In this document: positions 25,328-37,477 of the stretch, piece after piece | Layout: every line of letters begins with the position of its first letter | Position numbering within the stretch: the first letter of the stretch is position 1 | Assembly (NCBI RefSeq): GCF_001194135.2 | Contig: NC_068989.1 | Span: forward strand, 57,497,714-57,535,190 | Reading direction: 5' to 3' | Source: Octopus bimaculoides | Lineage: Eukaryota | DNA length: 37,477 nucleotides | Notes under the pieces: model-generated | What the model saw: only the letters and a program-made list of their open reading frames with translations | What the model was told of the DNA's origin: nothing | Databases searched by the model: none | Program-made: the position numbers and the translations under genes

Positions 25328-25788
25328 NNNNNNNNNNNNNNNNNNNNNNNNNNNNNNNNNNNNNNNNNNNNNNNNNNNNNNNNNNNNNNNNNNNNNNNNN
25401 NNNNNNNNNNNNNNNNNNNNNNNNNNNNNNNNNNNNNNNNNNNNNNNNNNNNNNNNNNNNNNNNNNNNNNNNNNNNNNNNNNNNNNNNNNNNNNNNNNNN
25501 NNNNNNNNNNNNNNNNNNNNNNNNNNNNNNNNNNNNNNNNNNNNNNNNNNNNNNNNNNNNNNNNNNNNNNNNNNNNNNNNNNNNNNNNNNNNNNNNNNNN
25601 NNNNNNNNNNNNNNNNNNNNNNNNNNNNNNNNNNNNNNNNNNNNNNNNNNNNNNNNNNNNNNNNNNNNNNNNNNNNNNNNNNNNNNNNNNNNNNNNNNNN
25701 NNNNNNNNNNNNNNNNNNNNNNATATATAATCTGTGAGAACAATAAAACCGTAGATATATATAACTACCGATTTTGATAGACAGCGGG

Positions 25789-25789
<1 letters not shown>

Positions 25790-25858
<69 letters not shown>
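25790..25858. repeat. (GATA)n microsatellite
   Basis: Direct tandem repeats. Confidence 0.95.
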
Positions 25859-25859
25859 C

Positions 25860-26175
25860 CCGTTTGATTCCAGGATCGTAACGAAAGAGGAAGAAAAACA
25901 AATAAATACAATCCCTTGAAATTTGAAATAGGAAGAATTTGGAGTATGGGAACAGTAAAGGTCGTGCTTACAATAATTGATTTGTTGAGAAACAGTAAGC
26001 CAAGATATAGATAAGTGGCTGAAGGAGGTTGAAATAGAATGCGCGGTAGAGCTCCTATAGAAAGTTTATCTCTGGGAGACAACAAGGATTATCAAGATGG
26101 TTCTAAGCACTTGAAAAACTGCTGAAAACTTGTGGATACCTAAGCTTACATGTAGTAACCCGCTATCCATATAAT
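25860..26175 (+). mobile_element. 3' end of an R4/Dong-like LINE (end of RLE domain, stop codon, short 3' UTR)
   Basis: PFDSRIVTKEEEK/KYNPLKFEIGRIWSMGTVKVV.../DKWLKEVEIECAVELL*KVYLWETTRIIKMVLST* (stop at 26112-14), matching the C-terminal 'LQKxxLLGTARIxRxVL' pattern of this clade. Confidence 0.8.
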
Positions 26176-26330
26176 TACATCGACCACCAATATTCGTCTG
26201 GTACTAATTTTATCAACTCCGAAAGGATGAAAAGTAAAGTCCACCTCGGCGAAATTTGAATGCGGAACGTAGCGACGGCGAAATACCGCTAAGCATTTCG
26301 TCCAGCGCGCTAACAATTCTCGTCGCCTTA
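26176..26330 (-). mobile_element. SINE family B copy, followed by (AAT)n at 26330-26390
   Basis: 'tacatcgacc...ggtactaattttatc...ccgaaaggatgaaa...cctcggcgaaatttgaa...ctaagcatttcgtcc...gctaacaattct' is the reverse complement of family B. Confidence 0.8.
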
Positions 26331-26343
26331 CATAATAATAATG

Positions 26344-26390
<47 letters not shown>

Positions 26391-27190
26391 TCAAATGACT
26401 GGATTGCATCTTCCAAACTTCTAAACAGAATAATGATATTTCGAACGAATAAAGGGAATTGATGGTCTTTTCCATCTAGAAAATTATAAAATATCTACTA
26501 TAGCACTAGAAAAACTATCTAGCAAAGAATAATGAAGAACTAACATAAAGAAGGAGAAAACACGAAGAAGGCAAAATTAAACGTGTTCTCTGTCTTCGAG
26601 GAAGACAATAAAACAAAAAAGAAGTAATATATATTGTGAGGGAAAAGGAGAAACAAACTGAAATCATAACAGATACAAGAAAAAGTAAAAACGAGACTAA
26701 GCTAAAAACGGAAGTTTGGTATGCCATACTAAAATGATGACGAAAAAGGATTTTTGTGTAGTCAACAAGTGGAATAATTTAACAGCGTGGAAACAGAAAC
26801 AGACAAAGAAAGATCGCAGTGCTGTCTAAAAAGCGCCAGACACAAATCTAAGATTGAAGTATACTTAATTACAGCACGTGATCAAAACCTTCCCATTAGT
26901 CATTGCTAAAAGTGTGGTATACAGTAGAATACTTTGAGTAATTGCAGAATAAGTGCAAGTTGGAAAGAAAGAAATAGCCACTGTTGTCTCGGTTTTTTAA
27001 ATATATATCTATAGGTAATGCATAGTTGGAGCTTTGGTATATTGGAAATTGTAACAGTATTGTGAAATATCCACAAAAAAGAAGCGTTAGGTCATACCTG
27101 AAAAGATCTTGTAGAATGACAAGGCAACCATATGATGAGATAAGCAGAAACATTCATAATCAAAACCTGTGAACTGGTACATGTGTGTAG

Positions 27191-27240
27191 CAGGGGTCCT
27201 CAACCACCGAGCCACGGACTAGTAGTGGGCCGCAGAGAAA
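27191..27240 (+). mobile_element. Possible hAT/Charlie-type terminal fragment
   Basis: 'caggggtcctcaacc...gccacggac...gggccgcagagaaag' resembles Charlie/MER1-type left ends from recall; no partner end found. Confidence 0.4.
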
Positions 27241-27282
27241 GGATAAATTTTAAAATTTCATTCTTATTTTAATGGCTATCGC

Positions 27283-27382
27283 AGGCGCAGGTGTGGGTAT
27301 GTGGAAAGAAGCTTGTTTCCCAACCACATGGTTCCGGGTTCAATCCCACTGCATGGCATCGAGAAACTGAAAGAAGCCCATC

Positions 27383-27429
<47 letters not shown>

Positions 27430-27625
27430 TGCGTGTGTGTGTATTGTGTGTGCGAGTGTGTGTGTGTGTGTATGTGTGTGTGCGTGTGTGAGTGTATTTG
27501 TGTCTTTGTTCGACCCCAAACACCGCTTGACAACTGGTATTGGGATCGATTCATTCGACTAAAAGTTCGACTAGGCATGCCCAAGCATGGCCGTCGTCTA
27601 ATGACTGAAACAGATAAAATAAAAG
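27283..27625 (+). mobile_element. SINE family A, head-to-tail copy with internal (TA)n(TG)n and deletions
   Basis: Head with 'ggttcaatccc' B-box, then 'aaactgaaagaagccc', an internal microsatellite, then 'cgcttgacaac...agcatggccg...tgactgaaacagataaaataaaag'; this links the separate 5' and 3' halves seen elsewhere. Confidence 0.8.
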
Positions 27626-28597
27626 ATGAAGGATATCACAGTATGCCGAGTGTTTTTGCATTATGTATAAGTACAATCTATGTTATATATGTGTATTATA
27701 TGTGTACTAATTAATTTATTATACAATTTATTGTGTTTTACGCATCCAGTCTGTGAGAAAATTGTCATGTATGAAGTCGACCCTTAGTATAAAAACGGTT
27801 GGAAGTCGCTGATGTAGCTTTCACTCAATGAAATAGAAGATACCACAGAAGTCAAATAGTGTTAGCAAATGTTCTCCGAGCGTCTTTATGATGTTTTAGC
27901 GACAAGTTCTTATCAGCATATTAATGTATTATTTTAAGGTAAATAGCATCTCATTGAAGAAAACTTCTGCTTAAAATACTCTTCCGGAACATACATGCAT
28001 ATGTTCGTACGTACATGTATATATATATATACACATATACACTCACACATATACACATACACACATGTGGCCTGTGTGTTTTCTGTACTCGTTTATCATT
28101 TTGTCTACCCTTTGTTTGCAATGTCCTGTACCCAGATATGCATCTATATATACAGGTAGATGTAAGTATGTACATACATGTACGTATATATGCATATACT
28201 CATTTATTATTTGTATTATATATANNNNNNNNNNNNNNNNNNNNNNNNNNNNNNNNNNNNNNNNNNNNNNNNNNNNNNNNNNNNNNNNNNNNNNNNNNNN
28301 NNNNNNNNNNNNNNNNNNNNNNNNNNNNNNNNNNNNNNNNNNNNNNNNNNNNNNNNNNNNGAGGGAATACAAAAAAAAAATGAAATAATAATTTAAAATG
28401 AAAATAAAAGTCAATATCAAAAACAAAAAAAAACAAGGAAGTTAGTTTAAACAACCAGTGCACGTTTTAGCACAAGGTGGAACCGAAATAATGAATAGAG
28501 TTGGTGTGACTAAGAGTCGAGAAATAGGAAGAAAAGGAGAAAGATAAGGAAAGGAAAAAAAGAAGAATTTGCTGTCATTATGGGGAATGGTGGGATA

Positions 28598-28914
28598 TGT
28601 TTGTTGGCACTCCGTCGCTTACGACATCGAGGGTTCCAGATGATCCAACCAACAGAACAGCCTGCTCGTGAAATTAACGTGCAAGTGGCTGAGCACTCCA
28701 CAGACACGAGTCTCGGGGATATTCAGCGTGACACAGTGTGACAAGGCTGTGGTGAAAGAGTAAAGCAGGGTTCGCCACCATCCCCTGCCAGATCCTCGTG
28801 GAGCTTTAGGTGTTTCCGCTCAATAAACACTCACAACGCCCGGTCTATGAATCGAAACCGCGATCCTATGACCGCGAGTCCGTTGCCCTAACCACTAGGC
28901 CATTGCACCTCCAC
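28598..28914 (-). mobile_element. SINE family C head joined to a different 3' tail
   Basis: Minus-strand head 'gtggaggtgcaatggcctagtggttagggc...ggtttcgattc' (A and B boxes); shares ~115 bp with 8910-9025; 28598-28750 is unrelated to 8764-8910. Confidence 0.75.
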
Positions 28915-29307
28915 TGGTGGCGGGGTATGTATTGAGGGAATAAAAGCCTTATCAAAAATGCTAAGGAAAGACATCGGTGGACGGCGAAGAGGAGGACGAC
29001 GAAGAGATAGAGGAGGAGGAGGACAACGAAGAGATAGAGGAGGAGAGGGAGTAAATGGCAGAGTACTTATGTACTAATAAGAAATTTGTTTTATTTAATT
29101 TCATTTTAAGATAATAAATGTTTTCATTTTGAAAATTAGTATTCCTTTAAGCATTTTGTATAAGGAACAAGAAATTTGATAAGCGTTAGTTCATAATTAT
29201 TGCCTGTATACCTTATTTCTTGATATTAACAACGGTAACAAAAGTATGCTTCGAAAGATACCAGTCACAGGATGTGTAACACTCGTGTGTTGTACGTGTG
29301 TGTGTGT

Positions 29308-29364
<57 letters not shown>

Positions 29365-30342
29365 TATATAGCTGATGTCAAGGATTTATAAACTCGAGAG
29401 AGAACGTGAAATAATTCTTTTTGAAATCTGGATCTCGATGCACATAAATGCTATAAATCATAGCATTTATGAGCTTCGAGATCCAATTTCAGTTTATGTG
29501 TGTCTATGCATGTATGTATATAATACACATTCCAGTACACAGAGACACAAAACTTCAATAGAACACACGTTGTTATCAGCAATTTGTTTCTAGTTTTTTT
29601 TTTTAGTTTTGAAGCAAGAACTGAAATTTCATTGTGTCTAATTGAAAATCATTTTTATTTAAATTTTTTCTTTAATTATTTTTTTTACTTAGCGACGCCT
29701 TGTTTATAAGTTCTAATTAAATAAGCTGATCATAGAAGAAAGATTTGATAATTCACTAATTTCGTGCTGTCATGTTACTGCTAATGTGATTCTGTATTGC
29801 AGTCAAGCAAACATTTAATTCTGTTTGGATGCCAGGATTGAGGTCAGGTGTTATCAATGAAAAGTACTTCAAACGCTTTAACAAATAGTGCAACACATCG
29901 TTAATAAAATAAAATAGATATATTCAAAGCTTTCTATAATCAGTGTAAACTTGCTTCTTGCCTAGCTCCCATTAAAAAGGGAGATAAATAAGATTCAGGT
30001 TAAGAAATTAAAATCGCTAAATTGCATACTGAGAGGGGAAGAGGGTGGTTCGCAAATTACATTAAAAGCCTAGTAAAAGGGTTTTGGTATCAATTGGTTG
30101 TTTGCTTGTATTGACAGGAAATATTCGGAAAATTCTTTTGACATTTTGTTCTAAGGAAGTTAACCCTATAAATTACTTTTCGATAGCATGCTTAATATCT
30201 TTATAGACATCTTAATGCAACCTAGCTTACGTATATTCTCTCGCTATGTCTTTCTATCTAACTATCTTATTATCTGCCTATCTGTCTGTCTCTGTGCCAG
30301 CCTTTCTAAATCTCTTTTCATACGGATAGATAGATAGATGGG

Positions 30343-30383
<41 letters not shown>

Positions 30384-30416
30384 GGGTAGATAGATAGATA
30401 GAGAGAGAGAGGGGGG

Positions 30417-30457
<41 letters not shown>

Positions 30458-31311
30458 TTTTATGTGCGTGTGTATGTGTTTGTTTGTTTGTCTTAGCTTC
30501 TCTTTTTACATATATATTTATATATACACATACATATATGCAAATATATATATATATACATATAGATAGTTAGATATAGATATATATACATACATATAAA
30601 NNNNNNNNNNNNNNNNNNNNNNNNNNNNNNNNNNNNNNNNNNNNNNNNNNNNNNNNNNNNNNNNNNNNNNNNNNNNNNNNNNNNNNNNNNNNNNNNNNNN
30701 NNNNNNNNNNNNNNNNNNNNNNNNNNNNNNNNNNNNNNNNNNNNNNNNNNNNNNNNNNNNNNNNNNNNNNNNNNNNNNNNNNNNNNNNNNNNNNNNNNNN
30801 NNNNNNNNNNNNNNNNNNNNNNNNNNNNNNNNNNNNNNNNNNNNNNNNNNNNNNNNNNNNNNNNNNNNNNNNNNNNNNNNNNNNNNNNNNNNNNNNNNNN
30901 NNNNNNNNNNNNNNNNNNNNNNNNNNNNNNNNNNNNNNNNNNNNNNNNNNNNNNNNNNNNNNNNNNNNNNNNNNNNNNNNNNNNNNNNNNNNNNNNNNNN
31001 NNNNNNNNNNNNNNNNNNNNNNNNNNNNNNNNNNNNNNNNNNNNNNNNNNNNNNNNNNNNNNNNNNNNNNNNNNNNNNNNNNNNNNNNNNNNNNNNNNNN
31101 NNNNNNNNNNNNNNNNNNNNNNNNNNNNNNNNNNNNNNNNNNNNNNNNNNNNNNNNNNNNNNNNNNNNNNNNNNNNNNNNNNNNNNNNNNNNNNNNNNNN
31201 NNNNNNNNNNNNNNNNNNNNNNNNNNNNNNNNNNNNNNNNNNNNNNNNNNNNNNNNNNNNNNNNNNNNNNNNNNNNNNNNNNNNNNNNNNNNNNNNNNNN
31301 NNNNNNNNNNN

Positions 31312-31344
<33 letters not shown>

Positions 31345-31688
31345 AATAAATATCAAAGATGTACAGTTGTCAATTCATTACGGCCGTTTCAAGCGGCTCC
31401 ATTTAATTGATTAATAAAAACATTAGTTCAATTTGAAAGAAACCGAGAGAGAGAGAGAGGTGGGGAGAGAGGGAAACAGACAGAGACAGAGAGGCAATTA
31501 TTGGGATAAGTAAATTAGACACATCAACCACAAAATATGTATATATGTATACATGCAAAACGAGAGAGAGAAAAAGGTGGAAACTTTCAGATGATGAATG
31601 ATGAATTTATATATATAAATATATATATATACTTTTATATATATAAATAGATCCAATAAACAGAGTACAAAATGTCAAAGTAATTTAA

Positions 31689-31904
31689 AGGGGTGGAATA
31701 AAGGTATTATGTGTCCAAAAGCTGTTTCTAGGTGCTCGGTGATCCATAATAATGTTCCCTACCCTGATGGGGGAGGCTCGTCTCATCCTATGTTAAATGC
31801 ATCAATACGGGCGCATTTTGTAATGGACTAAACTACCAACATTATTATGGATCACCGAGCCCCACGAAACAGCTGTTGAACTCATAATACCTTTATTCCA
31901 CCGT
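31689..31904. mobile_element. MITE with ~70-bp terminal inverted repeats
   Basis: Left 'ggtggaataaaggtattatg...agctgtttc...gctcggtgatccataataatgtt' is the near-perfect reverse complement of 31838-31904; TAA (within TTAA) on both flanks. Confidence 0.85.
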
Positions 31905-32235
31905 TAAATTTCTCTGACTTTGTATTTTATGTACATACATACATATATACATACATACGTACATACGTACGTACATACAAATTCATCATTCATCATCTGA
32001 AAGTTTCCTTTTGCTTTCTCTCGTTTTGCATGTATACTTACATGCATATTTTGTATTTGATGTATCTAATTTACTTATCCCAATAATTGCTTCTATACCT
32101 GCTCGACTTGATCTCTTTTATAGCCTGTCTTTACCTTGTGGAACAATCCCCTGTAAAGACATCAGAATCTAAGTTTGAATCTTTTAAGCACTACTAAGTG
32201 TTTTCTATACAGAAAATATCTGGATCTCTTCTGTG

Positions 32236-32271
<36 letters not shown>

Positions 32272-32900
32272 GTATGTGTGTGTGTGTGCGTAGATTCAAA
32301 AATGCACAGAAGGACAACAGAGAACAACATGGAAAATTCACATACAAAACGTGCACACGACCTTTATTCATCAGTTATCGTCCAAAATCATAATACATTT
32401 GCATACAGGCTGTCTCTTAATAATGGTACACTTTTTATTTTTCATGTATTTGCACTTTAATAAATGCACTTCTTCCAGTCCTAGATATTAGCATTTGAAA
32501 TGTGTTCCGTCATTATGTGACACTCTATGTATCTATCTTGCTATCTATCTATCTATCTATCTATCTATTTATCTATTTTAATGCACACTGATACATATAT
32601 TGAAGCATATGTGACTGTGTGCGTATATGTGTGTGGAAGAGATGTATGTGAATGTGTGTTCGTGTGTGCGTGTAACTGAGTGTAGAGGATATATTAGTAT
32701 AGAGGTTGAATGTAAATAGTTACTTTTGTGCTGCTTTCTTAATGTTGCTGTTCGTGTAAAAAGAGCAAAACATACGAAACTCTCGTGAAAGAAAATAATC
32801 ACATCACTATAAAATATATGTGTTCGTGTTCGGGCGTGTTTGTGCGTGGAGGGTGGAGAAAGGAGATAGAAAAGGGAAGGAAAAAAGAAAGAAGTGAAAT

Positions 32901-32969
<69 letters not shown>

Positions 32970-33387
32970 GTGCATCTATCTATATATATATATGTCTGTC
33001 TGTATATTTCTCAACAGCACTTAACTTCAGTGTCGCTATTTATTGCTGGTTTCCTACACTTCCTGTTACCTGCTTACATTTTTCCATGGCTTGCCTATCT
33101 CATATCTTCTTTCTTTCTGTTATTAGATTTTAAGCGTCATGAACTATAGAATAAACCACAATCATTTAAAAGATCGTTGGTTTTGCATTATGTTGCTGAC
33201 GATGCATTTTGTGTTTGTCCGAGATACTAGGTGTTAAAATAGCCGGCTCGACTCAGTTGTCAATGGATATCACACGTTTGAATCTGAGCCACACTACATA
33301 TGCAAAAGCAGCAGCATAAGTGTGTAATCGTTGAACTTTTGATCAGTTTGCAAGTTTAGAGATTGATGACTGCTGTCAAAAGTTCTA

Positions 33388-33601
33388 CGAGGGTCGGCTG
33401 AAAAGTTCCAAGATATTCTCATGGAATGTAACCAAATGAGGTATATTTTTCAACATATTCCCCCTTATGGCCCACGCACTTCTTCCATCGGTATAGAAGT
33501 TATTGGATCCATTGGGGAAGGAACTTTCATCTTGTTGGTCAAAAAACGTCATCAACAGAAGATATGACGTCATCATCACTTCGGTACTGATTCCTGGCCA
33601 A
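33388..33601 (-). mobile_element. Mariner transposon 3' end (TIR and transposase C-terminus)
   Basis: TA followed by 'cgagggtcggctgaaaagttc' TIR at 33386-33408; minus strand YRSDDDVISSVDDVF/DQQDESSF.NG/RWKKCVGHKGEYVEK, the mariner C-terminal RWxKCVxxxGxYxE motif. Confidence 0.85.
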
Positions 33602-34650
33602 GTTTTTTTTTTCATGTTTTTTTCATGTTTTATATTTTTTCATGTTATTCATTTTTATTTCCCTCTGAGGTGATATAAAAAGTGGTTAACCAAAGCACGC
33701 CCGGAGACGAAGGTTCCTCCTGCGATACCTCTTCCACGCGTCTCTCATATCACCTCTTTCGGNNNNNNNNNNNNNNNNNNNNNNNNNNNNNNNNNNGATC
33801 TTAATAATCGATTCGGCTGACAGCTGTACTCTCCCCAGCTGTGAAAGTATCCGTTCGGTAGAAACCCACAGATCCGAGGGACTTGGACAATGTACGATCG
33901 CATGCAGAACAGTTTCGTTGCTCTGCTCGCAACGTGAGCATGTAGGCGAAACCGTGACGCCGTGCCTCGCGAGTTTATCCCGAACTGGCAAGGCACTTCG
34001 GAAGCACAGCCACGCCAGGGACCTCTGGAAGCCGTCCATAGGTCCCAAGCCGAAAGTCCTTCGATGCAGGTTGGCAAGCTGATTTTCATAGAAACCCAGA
34101 GTCTCCTCCAGGCCGTCATCACATTTGCCCTCTACCACCCCTCTATAGTACGCCGATGTGGCACTCCCTCCACCCGCATTGTTCGTTCTGGAGAGAAGCA
34201 CGAGCGCCTGTCGACACTCTGCTTGCCAAGCTTCCAGGCTTGGTCTACGCCTGATGCAGCATTCCAGTTCACCAAAAGAGATTAACCTGGGAAATATCTC
34301 GTCAACGAACGGAGACCATACCCGCTCACTGTCCAGGTAGTGCCAGAGATGCCACAACCTCAACGCATGCCTGCGCATCTTTAGCCACTGCATTCCAAAC
34401 GTACCCTTTAGCGGTTGTTGGCAGCAGATAGAGCGCCTTACAAGAGACCGCTTTCCCTCCCACAAGAAGTGAAAGAGCATGCGTTCCAACTCGTTTAGCG
34501 ACGAATTGGGGCACTGCACGACGGTTAGGCGATAGGTAATGCCAGGTGTGATAAACACATTTGCACCTCCGCCCAGACCAGGTCAGAGTTATGGACGCTA
34601 CCCTACCCGTAACCTCCCTCCAATTTTTCTCCATCTCACACAACAAAAAC
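33602..34650 (-). mobile_element. L1/Tx1-like LINE 3' fragment (post-RT region, zf-RVT-like CCHC, polyA signal and tail)
   Basis: EKNWREVTGRV...; FITPGITYRL...LERMLFHFLWEGK...; FQRSLAWLCFRSALPVRDKL...CSRCEQSNETVLHAIVHC; AATAAA then a (CATGAAAAAA)n-like tail at 33602-33660. Confidence 0.85.
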
Positions 34651-34919
34651 CTACAGACATGTGTGAGAAAATTTAGTTATAATATGAATCGAAATTTAAA
34701 GGCATCTTCCCGGCTTATTAACCTTAGCTTCCGACGTTCTATGTTACATTTCGATTGGTTTGTTATACCTCATTCCCTCACACATATGAGTGTGCGTATG
34801 TGTGTGAATTGTGTGTGTGTGTGTCTTTCTCTCTCTGTCTGTTCGCGCGCACTTTCATCTGTATATAATGTATGGTATTGCTTGTTTATTTTTTTTATCA
34901 TTATATTATTCTTCATTTA

Positions 34920-35135
34920 AAGCAGCAAGCTGGCAGAATTGCTAGCACGCCGGGCAAAATGCTTAGCGGCAATTCGTCCGTTTTTATGTTTTTAGTTCAA
35001 ATTCCGCCGAGGTCGACTTTGCTTGATATCCTTCTGTAGTCGATAAAATAATTACCAGTTAAACTTAGGGGTGGGTGTAATCTACTTAGCCCCTCTCCCG
35101 AAATTGCTGGTCTTGTGCCGTAATATGAAACCATT
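34920..35135 (+). mobile_element. SINE family B, full-length copy
   Basis: 'aagctggcagaattgctagcacgccgggcaaaatgcttagcggc...gttcaaattccgccgaggtcgac...gtcgataaaataattaccag...gaaaccattatatt'. Confidence 0.85.
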
Positions 35136-36256
35136 ATATTATTCTTAATTATACCATCTCTTCCTTGGAAACTCATACAACTATCGTCTTTCTTATTTTT
35201 CTCTTTTTTTCTATGACTTTTCTTATCTAATATGTATAGGGGTAAATTTGATTCTACGATTGTATTTCACTTGTAACGTGAATAATGTTGTCTTCGATAG
35301 AAGGTGCCTGAAAACAAAATGGGGTGGAGCTCTCTCTTCTCACTTCTTTCCTTTCCCCCATTCTTCGTTTTACTACAGTTACCAAACTTCAAAGGTGATC
35401 CTCTTGACCCGCCCTTACTCTCTGATTAAATTTAAAATTTGCCCTTAGATTATAAGTTCAAATTCACTATTGGTATTTCTCTGGGTTTCTGAGCAGAATA
35501 TTTCATTGTAATTTGCCTCAGTCCGCCAAGTTGTAGGGGACATGTACCCATATTTTATGGGAAACTTTTCAATAGACCTGGTCATCTGTTATTCCATAGT
35601 TGTGATCAGGAAGAAGGTTTAAACCAAATTACTACTCACACAGAAGTACGTTGGATAAATAAATATGCAATTTCTTCAATTATTATCACTCTTTTCAGTG
35701 ACATGTCTTAATTTGTCTCTAATTCAGATAGGTTCTATAATGTATAAAATATCCGATTAGCATTAGAATCTAAGAACGCTTGAAGTTATCGTCTGCGTCC
35801 TCGTCACGTGATCTCATTAAAAATGTTCACAGTTAGCTAAATATTTCTATACGCATAATGGATTACGTCATCTGTACTGTCGTAAAGAAGTGTAATTTAA
35901 TAAATAGCTATATTTAAATAAATTTAATAATCCAAGAGAAATTATTTCATGGTGCTGCATCTGTGTAACTAATTAACTGTTGAATTGTTCGTCATATTAC
36001 TATACGAGAGAAACTTGTATATGCTGTGTTGGCCTTATCGACGTCCTTCTGCTATCACAGATAGTTGAACAGCATTGACGGGAATCATACTAGAAGAACC
36101 AGGTTTCGTTAACACTGATTAAAAAAATATATGTAAATATATTCTTACTGCATATTGGATCATAGCTTTTGTACCTGACCATATACATATACCTACCCGA
36201 TCACCTCCCTCTCCCTCTGTCTCTCCCTTTCTCACTTCTCTTTCTCTATCTCATGC

Positions 36257-36298
<42 letters not shown>

Positions 36299-36680
36299 NN
36301 NNNNNNNNNNNNNNNNNNNNNNNNNNNNNNNNNNNNNNNNNNNNNNNNNNNNNNNNNNNNNNNNNNNNNNNNNNNNNNNNNNNNNNNNNNNNNNNNNNNN
36401 NNNNNNNNNNNNNNNNNNNNNNNNNNNNNNATACACCAATATATATATATACATATGTGCGTGTGTATGCGTGTATGTATGAATGCATGTATGTATGCAT
36501 GTAAATATGTAAGTAAAAGCATTCTCCTTCTTGGAGAATATACTTACATGCACACACATGCACACTAACATACATGTATGTATGCATTTATGAATACACA
36601 TAGAATACAAGGACTCCGACATACTCCCCCCTCACTGTATCTCTGACACACACACACACACACGCACTCACACACATACG

Positions 36681-36717
<37 letters not shown>

Positions 36718-36779
36718 ACACCTCACACATTCATACACGAAAGTACCCAGTCACACTCTATCTTTATCTTTCTCCCTCT

Positions 36780-36960
36780 CTGCTGTCTCTTTATTTTTCT
36801 CTCTCTCCTTCGTTGTCGCTCTCTGTCTTTTTCTCTCCATAACTCTCTCTCTCTATCTTCCCTTCTTCCCCCCCTTCTCTCCCTCTCTTGTCTTTCTATC
36901 TTTCTCCCCCTCCCTCCTCACTCCCTCCTCTCTCTCTCTCTCTCTCTTCTTTTACCAATT
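36780..36960. repeat. Pyrimidine-rich (CT/CCT) low-complexity tract
   Basis: Almost purine-free + strand. Confidence 0.85.
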
Positions 36961-37149
36961 TTCTATTTGGTCGTCTGCTTTTCAATCATTCTCTTTCTAA
37001 AGTGTGTATGTACACATTTCTGTATATACTTATAATCGTGCCTATCTTTGTATCATGTATGTATCCGTATACATTTCTGTGTGGGTGTATACTCATGCCT
37101 GCATTTGTACCTGCTTATGTATATGTGAGTGCTTACATACGTTTGTGTA

Positions 37150-37246
37150 TGTGCATGTGTGCATGTCTGTTTATATTTGTGCATGTGTGCATGTGTGCAT
37201 GTGTGCATGTGTGCATGTGTGCATGTGTGCATGTGTGCATGTGTGT
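37150..37246. repeat. (GTGTGCAT)n 8-bp tandem repeat
   Basis: Direct tandem repeats. Confidence 0.9.
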
Positions 37247-37443
37247 GCGCGCGAATGTGTTTCCTGAAATATAAAAGTATGCAAGTAAAGTACGCATCTT
37301 CGTACTCTGTATTCATAAAAGTAAACTTCTCTAGTCTTTTTCTCTCCCTTCAGCAAGTTATATCAATAATTCCGACTTAGATTCCATATTTCAGTCCGAT
37401 ATTTTCCATTCTACAATGTCCATATTCAATTAATTTGATACCA

Positions 37444-37477
<34 letters not shown>

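Noticed and set aside
28840-28914. tRNA gene
   Set aside because: A and B boxes are present, but it continues into a SINE body shared with 8910-9025 and I cannot fold a complete cloverleaf
32404-32436. 'tacaggctgtctc...' as a Tc1/mariner TIR
   Set aside because: No partner inverted end found nearby; too short to support

Overview
AT-rich, repeat-dense animal genomic DNA from a gapped draft assembly. Many N-runs sit at (TA)n/(TG)n microsatellites. The repeat families and microsatellite load look like a coleoid cephalopod (Octopus-like); this is inference from recall, not a database result. I find no intact protein-coding gene, and nearly all ORFs in the track are artefacts of microsatellites or N-runs. 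Recognisable content is decayed mobile DNA: two R4/Dong-like RLE-LINE fragments, an L1/Tx1-like LINE 3' end joined to a mariner end, two different Penelope-like GIY-YIG fragments, an old RT remnant, several MITEs, and many copies of about three tRNA-type SINE families. Three regions most deserve a second look. (1) A retroposon pile-up at ~13.3-17.5 kb in which every module is bounded by (ATT)n arrays: a 545-bp non-coding element, a Dong-like LINE fragment and six head-to-tail SINEs. (2) A CpG-rich island at ~8.0-8.5 kb with E2F, CCAAT and CHR-like motifs and a candidate first coding exon. (3) SINEs that share or swap modules. I see no well-supported new biological system; these are leads only.
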